NCBI RefSeq assembly: GCF_018977255.1
Contig: NW_024704742.1
Location: 113,958,001 to 114,022,000 of the forward strand
Source of the DNA: Callorhinchus milii
Lineage: Eukaryota
DNA: 64,000 nucleotides
Reading direction: 5' to 3'
This document shows, in pieces, positions 39,768 to 51,519 of this stretch (position 1 is the first letter of the stretch; the number at the start of each line of letters is the position of its first letter). Below the pieces are notes generated by a model that saw nothing but the letters and a program-made list of their open reading frames with translations, was not told the DNA's origin and made no database searches. A program made the translations under genes and the position numbers.

Positions 39768-40349
39768 TTTCTGTGTCTGGGTGCTACATTAAGAAGGCGG
39801 GCAATCAACACTTGCCAACGGAAGCCGGAATTCCAGTGAGTCTGCAGCTATAAACTGATCTGAGAGAAACTGAAGTGTATTATAATGGGGTTATCCTGTA
39901 TACTGGCCTCTATTTCCACTGGTATGGAAATCAGTAACTAGAGAACAAAGAATACTAGCCTCCACCCCCATTACAAAGTCTTTTCCACTTAACATCTTCC
40001 GAATTTTTTAAGAAAAAATCTTTCTTGCAAAAGGGCAGCAACAGCAAAATTAACACATTTGCAAAATAACATAAATAATCAAAAGAATACAGCTGATCTT
40101 AGAATATGTCACCAAAGCCGCATCATAACTCGGGGGTGCAAAATCTGACATTTCATAACAGATTCAAATAACACGTTCAACAATTATAAACCACTAAACA
40201 ATTAGAAATGTTGCATTTTTCACTCCAGAATGTGTAAATCTGATCCCTAACCAGTGTTTAATTCATTAAAACAAAACACCACAAGTTCCATACACATTAG
40301 TTTGTTTTTTTACATAGTTTGAAGGGATTCAACAATGTCCTTTGAAAAA

Positions 40350-40657
40350 GAGTCCTGTAGCTCAGTGGTTAGAGCACTCGCCTCACAAGCAAGAGACCTG
40401 GATTCGATTCCCAGCAGGGCAAAACCTTGGGCAAGTTTCCTTACTCCACATGCCTAATAATAATCCCTCAAGAAAAAAAAACAAAATAATAAATTGGTCA
40501 CTTCAATCCACGACTGTTTGTGGGACACTGCTGTGCACAACTGGCTGCCACGTTTTACCCACAAATATAGTCAATTCACTTTACAGTATATTCTGTGAAG
40601 CGCTTTGAGACGTCTGGAAAACATGAAAAGTGCTATATCAAATGCAAGAATTATTAT
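40350..40657 (+). mobile_element. Full-length tRNA SINE (diverged short variant)
   Basis: A/B boxes, core and tail as in the other copies. Confidence 0.92.
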
Positions 40658-40959
40658 GAATTAAAATACAAGTATATTATATTCATGACTAGCCTTCTCC
40701 ACTCATGACACTGTTTCCTTAAAGAATTTGAATAAAGTTGTGAGACACGATCACTTATTGTGCTTTATGACCTGCAGTGAGTATGCCATACAGGGAATCC
40801 TGTAAAGTGCTTTGAGATAGACTCCTGACACAAAAGGCACTACATCAAATGCAAAGATTTTTATTATTGCTTCTGAACTCATGCTAAATGTCTCTTATGA
40901 CCTCTATGTTGTTTAGATGAATATTTTCGCATAAAATGCTCTGCTGCATAGTTCATTGA

Positions 40960-41345
40960 TTAATGTCTCAATCCTCTTTTCTAAGGATCAGAATTTCATG
41001 AGCTATCATTCCCACTCTTCAAGCACAACCTCTGAATTTACGCAGCTCCTAAGAATATTATCCAGAGGCTCATCAATTTCTTGACTCACTTTGTAAGATT
41101 TTCGGGTGTATCCCATCTGATCCAGATGCCCTGCAGATATTTAATTTGGGGCACTTCTTTATAATGCATGCTTTACTGACCTCCACACATGTTGTAGATT
41201 ATAGTGAAGGTTACAGTCAGTTTGACTGGATCTGGAATTTATCCACAGTCTTCAGTTGTGAAGACTGATGCAAAAAATTAATTTAGCACGTCCGCCATTT
41301 CCTGATCCACTGCAACAGTTCTACTGAACCTATCATTTAACATAG
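40960..41345 (-). mobile_element. Old CR1 ORF2 fragment
   Basis: Minus strand resembles MADVLN.FFASVFT and K..GHLDQMGYT (KSPGPDG region). Confidence 0.6.
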
Positions 41346-41584
41346 TTATATGACCTTGAATACACTTCCAATTTTAACATAAAACAACTAAAAACAAAAA
41401 TCTTAATTCACTTAATTCACGTTTCAAACCTTTCTGCTATTGAAATACAACCTTTCTGTTTTTCTTTTCTCTCTTTACTTATCTTTTTATTTGTTGTTGT
41501 TTTTATTCACATCATCTGAATTTTGCCTGACCTCCAGTCCATCTTACATTTTGGTTCCTTGAAAGGTCGGTAATATTATGTCTC

Positions 41585-41924
41585 AGCCTGGCTCAGTTGG
41601 TAGCACTCTCGTGTCTGAGTCAGGAGGTTGTGGGTTCAAGCCCTATATTGGGAATTTTAAAGCATAGTTTAGGCTGTCACTTCAGTGCTGAGGGTGTGCT
41701 GTATTTCGAAGGGGCAGTCCTTCAAATTAGATATTAAACCGAGGTCCTGTCTGGCTGTTCAGATGGACATTTAAGATCCAAAGTCACTATTCGAAAAGAG
41801 AAGGGGTTTCCCCCCAGTATACTGGACAAAAGTCTCCCAATAAAATTGGTCATTCACATGGCTGTTTGTGGGTTATTATGTTGGCTGCCACATTTATCTA
41901 AAGGATGCACAGTCACTCCACTTA
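41585..41924 (+). mobile_element. DeuSINE (head + body), 3' end replaced by an inverted SINE
   Basis: ggctcagttggtagcactctcgtgtctgagtcaggaggttgtgggttcaag head; ttaaaccgaggtcctgtctggctgttcagatggac Deu-like body. Confidence 0.85.
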
Positions 41925-42110
41925 TAATAATAATAATAATAATAATCCTTGCATTTGATATAGCGCTTTTCACGTCTTCTAGATGACTCAAATCGCTTCA
42001 CAGAATATGCTGCCAAGTGAATTGCCCATATATTTGTGGGCGAAATGCGGCAGCCAATTGCACACAGCAGTGTCCCACAAACAGTCGTGGATTGAAAACG
42101 ACCAAGAATA
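41925..42110 (-). mobile_element. SINE 3' half
   Basis: (TAA)n followed by ccttgcatttgatatagcgcttttcacgtc. Confidence 0.9.
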
Positions 42111-42693
42111 TTTTCTTTTAAGAATTATTAGGTTATTGTTGACCGTTATTCAGTTACTTTGCTCTTTCCTATTTTCTCTCTTTGACAATGGAACATATGA
42201 AATTCACCTGGGTCTAGATTTACTCTACCATTGTAATATTTTAGAGTGACCAGATTCTGGCAAATTGTTGAATTCAGCCTTAACTTTCAAGCCATTGTTC
42301 TGCATTTTTTGAAAAGAACCATAGAAATTCTGCTTCAAAATTAAAGCTATATTTGCCAAATCTGAACTCAGGTGGAATCTCTACCCATAATGGCTAAAGT
42401 TCTTTTTTTCAGTAATCTTAGTGAAATTGAAGTTGAAGATGTGCATAAACAGGTTGCAATGTCCTGATATTGAGCTGATGAACTGTTTATTGCTACTCCC
42501 AGTATTCCACCCGTCAGAAACCAGCATAAAAATCATCCACAACAAAACTTCTGACAACAAAAACAAGATTACATTTGTATAGCGCCTTTCATGTCGGGAG
42601 GACATCCCAAAAGACCATTGAGCTATTCATAGCAGGACCGGAAGGGAATTGTACAGAGGAGTTTCATGTGTAGGGGAGGCTGGGATATTGTAT

Positions 42694-42850
42694 ACTGTTT
42701 GTGGGACACTGTTGTGCACAATTGGCTGCCGCGTTTCGCCCACAAATATACGGTCAATTCACTTTACAGTCTATTCTATGAAGCGCTTTGAGACATCAAA
42801 AAGATGTGAAAAGCGCTATATCAAATGCAAGGATTATTATTATTATATTA
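42694..42850 (+). mobile_element. SINE 3' half
   Basis: ctgtttgtgggacactg...aagcgctatatcaaatgcaaggattattat. Confidence 0.9.
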
Positions 42851-43479
42851 TTTATGCTACATCTTTGATGGTGCTATACAATTGATGGTGCTTGGAAAAT
42901 AGAAAATGTTTATGCACAACTTATTTTCTCTACAACAATGAGGGTCCATAACCACATGAAAATCTCTACCCTTTTGAGTTGTACTGTACATAGCAATATT
43001 GTCAAGTGGTCCAAAGGACACAGGACTTCAAAGATGCCTACATCATAATTTTAATATCTACATAGGAAATATTTTACATTTTATTTGTTTATTATACAAA
43101 TATATTAATTGCACATTGTTTCTAAGTAACATAGATGTTCAAATCTTTAGATGGCCAATTAAATTAGCTTTACTGTAATTTTGTGTTGTGATTATTGTAT
43201 ATTATTTTGATTCAAGTGGTGTGGGACATCCTCCTATGTGAAATGCTTTATATAAATGTAAATTTGTATTGTATTGCAAATTACCTGCATCACACAATAA
43301 TGCAGGAATTAGGCTGGATTCTCTTAATGAGATCAAATTGTGATATGTCTATGTTTTAGCTGACTTAAATATGTTGTCTCTTGAAAAAGCTGTCCTCCTT
43401 CAAGCGGATAAGTTAAAATAACTATACATAAATTGAGATACTTAGCAACATATCCATAAAACAATAATGTAAGAATTCT

Positions 43480-44670
43480 TTAAAGAGTTAACTGAATATG
43501 TAGATCGAGGTAGTGCTGTGGAAGTAATGTATTTGGATTTCCAAACGGCATTTTATAAGGTGCATATTGGAAGACCGGGGGAGAAACTTAGGGCACATGG
43601 AATAGTGGGAAATATGGCGATTTGGATGGAAAGGTGATTGAAGAATAGAAAGCAAAGAATAAGGCTAAAAAGGTGCTTTTCTAGTTAGAGAAAGGTAATT
43701 AGTGGCTACAGGGGATCTGTGCTGGGGCCTCTCCTTATTTCCATATATATCAATGATATTGGGTTGAATATTCTGGGTAAAATATCAAAGTTTTGCAGAT
43801 GACACCAAGCTAGAAAGTATAGTGAATAGCGATGAGGTTAGCAAGAAACTGCAAGAGGATTTAAACAGATTAGAACAATGGGCTGATCAGTGGCAAAATT
43901 TGTACAAATTGTTGGTTTGGGCATAACTTAATTACTGCATCCAGTTTTGGAGACCTCACTTCAGGAAAGATGTTAAGGCCTTGGACAGGGTGCAGAAGAG
44001 GTTTACAAGAATGATTTTGGGGACGAAGGGCTACAGTTATGAGGAGAGATTGAAGAAGTTCAGTCTGTTTTCATTAGAGCAGAATTGTTGACCTATTAGA
44101 GATGGACAAAATTACAAAGGGGATTTACCAGGGTAAATAGGGAGACATTATTTCCATTGATATGGGAGTCAGTGACTAGAGGACATATAATAATAATAAT
44201 AATCCTTGCATTTGATATAGCGCTTTTCATGTCTTCTAGACGTCCCAAAGCGCTTCACAGAATATACTGTAAGGTGAATTGACTGTATATTTGTGGGCGA
44301 AAGAGTCAGCCAATTGCACACAACAATGTCCCACAAACAGTCGTAGATTAAAAATGACCAATTTATTATTGTTTTTTTTTGGAGGGATTATTATTAGGCG
44401 TGTGGAGTAAGGAAACTTGCCCAAGGTTTTGCCCTGCCTTGAATTGAACTCAGGTCTCTCGCTTGCATAGCGAGTGCTCTAAGCGCTGAGCTACAGGACT
44501 CCACATAGTTATAAAATAGCCGCAAAAACATAGAAAGGAGAACTTGGAAGTATTTTTTTCACCCACAAAGTTATTGGGATGTGGAATGGTCTGCCGAGTA
44601 GGGTAGTTGAGGTGGGTCCATGGTAGCTTTCAAAACAAAAGTAGACAGGCACATGAAAGACAGGAGCTTG
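43480..44670 (+). mobile_element. Old CR1 RT fragment interrupted by a SINE
   Basis: tatttggatttccaaacggcattt (YLDFQ.AF), gcagatgacaccaagct (ADDTKL), cagttttggagacctcac, actagaggacat (TRGH). Confidence 0.8.
44188..44505 (-). mobile_element. Full-length tRNA SINE inserted in CR1
   Basis: Complete on the minus strand; acata at both junctions (44183-44187, 44503-44507). Confidence 0.95.
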
Positions 44671-45189
44671 AAGTCACAATGTATTTGTAGGTGAATTTGT
44701 AGAATAGGAGAAAGCTCACAAATGTATACTAAATGCAACTCCAACTAAGTTATAAAGTTATAAAATAATGGAAACTGCATAGAGCGAAAGGGTATAATTC
44801 CATCTGGGGGGTCTGTTGCCACTCATAAACAAGTTGAGTTGTTGGGAACTTAATTGAACCATGGCTTGTAACTCCCTCCAGAGTATGTTGTTCCCTACGT
44901 AAAAAAAAGTATTAAGATATGGTCACCTTTTAATGTAGCTTTCAGACATTCACTGAGTACAGAGTGCACATTGCCTCCTGTGTTTTCTACCAGACCTGAC
45001 CCTCCTTGTACTCACCACAGGGAATAATACTGATATTTTTCAATATGGCTTATATTTGTTTTATGAGTCCTACCGTACGGAAAAAAAAATTGCGACTTGT
45101 TCTACTACAATTGTACCTTCATAAATCAATAAAGTGTTGTGTATTACACATTTTTTTAAACATGTCCTTATATGCTTATATGAATGTGA

Positions 45190-46004
45190 ACATTGCTGAT
45201 TGGCTCGCGCCAGTGCCTCTGCACCTTAGGCTCTGGCAGCATCAACCTCCATGGTTGCACACTACAACTCACCAAGCCAGTCAGGAACCCAGGTGTCTTG
45301 TTTGATCCTCAACTGTCCTTTCTTCCCCACGTCCAAGCCATGACCCGCTCTGCCTTCCCTCACCTCTGTAACATTGCCCAACTAAGCCACTACCTCAACC
45401 CTCAGGCCGTTGAAGCTCTTGTTCATGCCTTCATTATCTCCAGGCTCGACTATGCAAATCCTCTGCTTGTCGGCCTTCCCAACTCCTCCCTCCACAGGCT
45501 ACAGACAATCCAGAACTCTGCAGCCCGTGTCCTCTCCCGCACCAAACTCCGTGACCCCATCTCCCCCATTCCCGCCCGACTCCATTGGCTCCCTATCCTT
45601 CAAAGAATCCAGTTCAAGATCCTGGTCCTCACCTACAAAGCTCTCCATGGCCTCGCCCCACTCTACCTCTGTGACCTCCTAACCCCTTACCAACCTGCCC
45701 GTTCCCTCCGCTCAGCCGGCTCCAGCCTGCTCTACGTCCCCCGACCCATCCACCCCACCATTGGCGTGAGAGCCTTTAACCATTCTGTCCCAATCTCAGG
45801 AATTCCATACCCCAATCACTTCGCCTTGCCCCCTCCTTAGCCTTCTTCATGTCCTGCCTCAAGACCCTCCTCTTCGACCATGCCCTCTTCTCCCTTCTCC
45901 CACCCTGATCCCAGCTCGGGTCTGAAATTCTGTACACTGTCTAGCGCCTTGTGACGTCCTCCCAATGTGAAAGGCGCTATACAAATGTAATCTTGTTGTT
46001 GTTG
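45190..46004 (+). mobile_element. L2 3' ~0.8 kb
   Basis: 215 aa ORF with SRLDYANPLL, IQNSAARVL, LHWLP, YKALHGLAP; (GTT)n tail. Confidence 0.95.
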
Positions 46005-46319
46005 CTTACTCATGTTGGTACAAAACAAAAACAAATAGCATTAGCCAAATACTTCACTTTGTGAAAAATTAGAATTCCTTTACTGAAAAGAACGGCATTT
46101 AAAATACAGATCAAGTCCCTGTTCATGGGGTCTCCATGTGGTCATGGGTGAATACCGATAATGTAGTGACTATTTCTTCCACAATGTCCATGAATCAGTC
46201 TAGAATGGACTGTAACAGAGGTACCTAACATAAGAACATAAAAATTTGCAAGGTAAAAGAAGAGCAAGGCCCATCCTGTTCACCATCCACCATCCTGGGA
46301 GTCCTCAGGTATATTCATA

Positions 46320-46591
46320 CCTCTGTTTACCTAGCAGTAGGTAGGAATCCAGTTGTTAATCGATTGGCGGATCGCTTTTCCGGGATAATACTTCCTTCAA
46401 AAAAATTAATAAATTGGTCACTTCAATCCACGACTGTTTGTGGGACACTGCTGTGTGCAATTGGCTACCGTGTTTATAAAATATAAACACAAAACATACA
46501 GTCAATTCACTTTACAGTGTGTTCTGTGAAGCGCTTTGGGACGTCCTCCTGACGTGAAAAGCGCTATATCAAATGCAAGGATTATTATTAT
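46320..46591 (+). mobile_element. Long-variant SINE lacking its head
   Basis: ctctgtttacctagcagtaggtaggaatccagttgttaatcgattgg, then core and tail. Confidence 0.85.
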
Positions 46592-46774
46592 TTATTTAAA
46601 TACAAGTATAATATATCCATGACTAGCCTTCTCCACTCATGACACTGTTTCCTTAAAGAATTTGAATAAAGTTGTGAGGCACGATCACTTATTATTATTA
46701 TGATCTGCAGTAAGTATGACATACAGGGGATCCCGTGAAATGCTTTGAGATAGACTCCTGACACAAAAAACACT

Positions 46775-46881
46775 ACAAAATATACAGTCAATTCAATTTA
46801 CAGTATTTTCTGTGAAGCGCTTTGAGACATCTCAGAGACGTGATAAGGCGCTATATCAAAATGCAAGGATTATTATTATTA
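46775..46881 (+). mobile_element. SINE 3' fragment
   Basis: caaaatatacagtcaattc...gcgctatatcaaaatgcaaggattattatt. Confidence 0.85.
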
Positions 46882-47002
46882 TGCATTCTCATTTCCATCT
46901 GTTTTGCTAATTAAAGCAGTGTTTCCAATGCCTCTATGGGTTGAGTGGCACTTCCAGCTCTCACACGCATTGTGGCTCCAAGAGTGGTCTTGTATTGCAC
47001 AT

Positions 47003-47318
47003 TGTCCTGTAGCTCAGTGGTTAGAGCACTCACTTTGCAAGCGAGAGACCTGAGTTCAATTCCAGGCAGGGCGAAACCTTGGGCAAGTTTCCTTATTCCA
47101 CACGCCTAATAATAATCCCTCCAAAAACCAAAAACAATAATAAAAATTGGTCATTTTCAATCTACGACTGTTTGTGGGACATTGCTGTGCGCAATTGGCT
47201 GCCGCGTTCGCCCACAAATATACAGTCAATTCACTTTACAGTGTGTTCTGTGAAGCGCTTTGGGACGTCCTCCCGATGTGAAAAGCGCTATATCAAATGC
47301 AAGGATTATTATTATTAT
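47003..47318 (+). mobile_element. Full-length young tRNA SINE
   Basis: Very similar to the 12620 and 27090 copies. Confidence 0.95.
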
Positions 47319-48256
47319 AAGTGGAGTGACTGTGCATCCTTTAGATAAATGTGGCAGCCAACATAATAACCCACAAACAGCCATGTGAATGACCAATTTT
47401 ATTGGGAGACTTTTGTCCAGTATATTGGGGGGAACCCCCTTCTCTTTTCGAATAGTGACACTGGATCTTAAATGTCCATCTGAACAGCCATTATTGTTGC
47501 CTATGAGAAAGGGATGGAAAGCCCAATGTTGATGCTGACACAGGAAGTTGTAAACCAGGCTGAGGCCAGGGAGGCCCCAGGAGGGTGTTTAAGAATAGAC
47601 AACAGATAAGGCAACAGTTTATGAATAAAATTTTCAATCAATGATTGAAAGGACCTGTGAAAACTAATGTGTTGAATGTAATGTTTTTCATTTGGTAGAA
47701 GTAAAGCTTTTTTAAACTGTTCACAGTCTGATTTGCCTGTGCATCTGGTGGAAATTGAAGGAGTTGAAAACAAGAAGCAAGGTTGAATGCAGGAATATTT
47801 GAGAAGGCTATGAGAAATAGTCTTTCCTCTATTCATATGTTCCATAATAAGTAATTGATGGTTGTGAAGGTGTGCTAGGTGTATAACTTAGTTAGTTGAC
47901 CTACAAAGTAAAGCCTAGTAAACGTCTATGAAAGCAATGTTTCACCTTGTTTGCATTATGTGGTTGGATACTGGCCTAACAATGTGCTAATAAAAACATT
48001 TTATTGCACTGGTCTGTTCTTTCCAAGACTTGAGCTCATAATTGAGGTTGACATCCATTGCATTACTGAGGGAGCACTGAATTGTTGGAAGTGCCATACT
48101 TAAATGAGTTTCAAACTAACCTTTTACCTGTCTTTGCTTGTGGTTCAGGTGGGCATTAAGTAAGCTGTGGCACTGTTTGGAAATGATCAGGGAGTTTTCC
48201 TGGCATCGATGCAAATATTCCACCCTCACACAAATTTACCACTAAATTAATTGGGT

Positions 48257-49252
48257 CAATAATAACAATCCTTGCTTTTGATTTAGCGCTCTTCACGTCT
48301 TCTAGACCTTTCAAAGCGCTTCACAGAATATACAGTAAAGTGAATTGACAGTATATTTGTGGGCGAAACGAGGCAACCAATTGCGCACAGCAGTGTCCCA
48401 CAAACAGTCGTGGATTGAAGTGACCAAATTATTATTGTTTTTTAAGGACTATTATCCCCAGAAAAGCAATCAGCCAATCGACTAACAACCAGGTTTCTAC
48501 TTCCTAACATAACATCCTCCGTAACATCGCCCGACTCCGCCACAACCTCACCCCTCAGGCCGCTGAAACTCTTGTTCATGCCTTCATCACCTCCAGGCTC
48601 GACTATGCAAACACCATGCTTGTTGGCCTTCCCAACTCCTCCCTCCACAGGCTGCAGATAATCCAGAACTCTGCACCCGTGTTCTCTCCCGCACCAAACT
48701 CTGCAACTCCATTTCCCCCACTCTCACCCGACTCCATATTCTTCAGAGGATCCAGTTCAAGATCCTGGTTCTTGCATACAAAGCCCTCCATGGCCTCGCC
48801 CCACCCTACCTCTGCGACCTCCTAAACCCCTACCAATCTGCCCGTTCCCTCCACTCAGCCAGCTCTGGCCCACCCGTCCCACCATTGGCAGGAGAGCCTT
48901 CAGCCACTCTGTCCCCAACCTCTGGAATTCCACCCCCAATCACTCCGACTCGCCCCCTTCTTAGCCTCCTTCAAGTCCCGCCTCAAGATCCTTCTCTTCG
49001 ACCATGCCATCAGCCACCCCCCTTCCCCTCCCCTCCCGACCCCAGCTCGGGTCTGAAATGCTGTACTCTGTCCAGCGGCTTGGGACGTCCTCCCGACGTG
49101 AAAGGCGCTGTACAAATGTAATCTTCTTGTTGTTGTTCCTGCAAGATAAACAGAGGCGTGTGGAGTAAGGAAATTTACCCATCATTTTGCCCTGCCAGCA
49201 ATAAAACCCAGGTCTCTCGAGTGCTCTAACCACTGAGCTACAAGACTCCACA
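48257..49252 (-). mobile_element. Long-variant SINE split by an L2 (body 48257-48505, head 49136-49252)
   Basis: Halves rejoin to give ctctgtttatcttgcaggaagtagaaacctggttgttagtcg; ttcct at both junctions. Confidence 0.85.
48506..49135 (+). mobile_element. L2 3' ~0.63 kb inserted in a SINE
   Basis: Highly similar to the 45.2-46.0 kb L2; (GTT)n tail. Confidence 0.92.
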
Positions 49253-49512
49253 AATGTTGCTGATATGGATTAGTTACCACATTGTCCTTATAGCTGTTAC
49301 TATGTTTCAAAGCTCATTGTGGTAAGCAATTTGAGCTGTGTCAACAAAATAAGACACTATATAAAATGCATTTATTATTCTGCAGCAGAAATGGCTTTTA
49401 ACTTGAGGTAACTAGATTAACTGGAGCTGGTTTATTGACAACCATAACAATTTACATCTTGACAGGGACATAGAAGGGAAAGCATTAGTGTCTAATTGTC
49501 GACACTCAAGGT

Positions 49513-49929
49513 CTCCCCTACCTACCTGCCCGTACCCTCCGTTCCTCTGGCTCCGGTCTGCTCCACGTCCCCCGCCCCAACCGCCCTACTATCGGTGGTC
49601 GGGCCTTCAGCCTCTCAGCCCCGAGGCTCTGGAACTCCATCCCCCAGTGCCTTCGCCGCTTCCTCCCTTTCCTCCTTCAAGGCCGGTCTCAAAACCTTTC
49701 TCTTTGACCGTGCCTTCGTCTCCCCTCTCGACTCTCTTCCTCCTCCTCGCTCCCTCCCTTCCCTCCCCTCACCCTGACCATTTCCCCCTCCTCTCTCCCT
49801 CCCTTCCCTCCCCTCACCCTGACCATTTCCCCCCTGCTCGGGTCATGACCCAACTGTGCAGCGCCTTGGGACGTCCTCCTGACGTGAAAGGCGCTCTATA
49901 AATGGAATCTTGTTGTTGTTGTTGTTGTT
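49513..49929 (+). mobile_element. Young L2 3' end with internal tandem duplication
   Basis: FKAGLKTFLFDRAF; gggacgtcctcctgacgtgaaaggcgc; (GTT)n tail. Confidence 0.92.
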
Positions 49930-50319
49930 CTAGTCACGAAAGCTGTTATCCCGAAAGCTCATCAAATACTAATCTTCATCTCAAATAGATTTGGCTATGA
50001 GATACATTTTATGGTACTTAGAAACTGGTAAATATAGCGGTATTCCTTAAGGCGTTCCATGTGTTAATTATCACAAGGAATACTTTTAGGAATACAGCAA
50101 ACTTGTTACTGTTTCTTAATTAGTCCCACCCTTGTGAGTTAAGAACTCCTACACTAACCTGGCTGTTCTCAGACTCCAATTTCTCCAATACCCAGCTTCC
50201 CTGTCAACTGGCTACAGTGAAAAAATACAGGGAACTAACTTTGAATTTTCAGTTTCCTGATATAAGTCAGATCACGGTTTAGAAGTCAATACTGTGCATG
50301 AAGTTTTAACTCAGGACAT

Positions 50320-50790
50320 AGTTATAAAGAATGGTCTGGAGAGGTTAGGGTTCTCTGATAAAAGGTTAACGGCTGATATGATAGACGTGTTTTAAGATAA
50401 TGACAGGATAACTCAAAATTTTAATCGTTACATTTGGTGTATCACCTTTCACATTTCGAGAATGACACAAAGCGCTTCACAGGATTTAATATATCCTGCG
50501 AAGCACTTTTAATATGTTTTTGTGGGGAAAAATGGTGGGAACAATTTCAGTCTGGAGGTGATTCAAGGACAAGAGGACATGAATTTAAAATTATAACCAG
50601 AAGTGTGAAAGAGGAAGCTTGGATAGCAATTCCCCAGGAGGCTTGTGGAATGAATTGTTAAAGATTGTTGGAGCAGAACCATTTGTTTTTTAAAACAAGG
50701 AATCAGATAGGCACATCTGGAGGAAGATTAGTAGAGGGTACAGGGGGAAGAGCAAGGAATTGAGATTAGTATAGATGGCTCTATTGAAGT
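50320..50790 (+). mobile_element. Old CR1 3' fragment with a SINE tail remnant inside
   Basis: gctgatatgatagacgtg, aggacaagaggacatgaatttaaa (RTRGHEFK); SINE-like tail at ~50425-50530 on the minus strand. Confidence 0.55.
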
Positions 50791-51519
50791 AAAAATTGTG
50801 ATAAATTATTTTGAAAACGAGCTTCGAACCAAACTAGCATGGGAGTTGTTTAGATCCATGACCAGTGGTTAGAAATGGATGAAAAAAAATTGACGCAATA
50901 ATTATTTGATGCAATAATTATTAGACGAATCATAGTATTTTTCATCGCAATAATATTCAAGTATGCACCTCATTGGCAGTATTGCCCTAATTTGAAAAGA
51001 CTAATTTTAACATGATGTTGTTTTAACACCCAACTTCTTTTGATCTCTAAAGACTATCAAATACTACCTTACAACCCTCTGGCTTTGATAAACTTAAATA
51101 TTAATTTAAATCATGGACTTTTCCTTGACTAGTTTGGTAAATGAGACTGAAGTCCTTGTAAACCTTGTTTGACATTCCTGAAGACATTTTAAGTCATGGC
51201 CAATTTGCTTGTTCTGACATTTTTAAAAAAATGTCCTTATCTGGGTTAGCCTGCCCTCCAGTGTTCTTATCAGTTAGTTATCAGTCACTGCTGTGAAGCA
51301 TTGATTCAGTTGTGGCCTTGTGAATCATTTCCACAGCGCATAGGGTGTCCATTTAGTATACAACAACTTGCACTTTATAATACCTTGCAGATGGATGAAT
51401 TGCCTTGAAGCATTTCACAAAGATGATGAAGATCACCAAGTTCTGAAAATGTTCCAATTTCTCCTATCATATCTAGGTCTCTAAATTTTCTTTCTAAATC
51501 TTGTCTAGATCTAGGTCTT

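Noticed and set aside
39595..39830. Second palindromic MITE around the CR1 tail at 39.65 kb
   Set aside because: Only ~8 bp (cagacac/gtgtctg) pair convincingly
47040..47095. Hammerhead ribozyme in the SINE head (ctga...cgaaac...gtt)
   Set aside because: The required CUGANGA core is absent (ctgagtt), and the region is explained by the tRNA T-arm and B box
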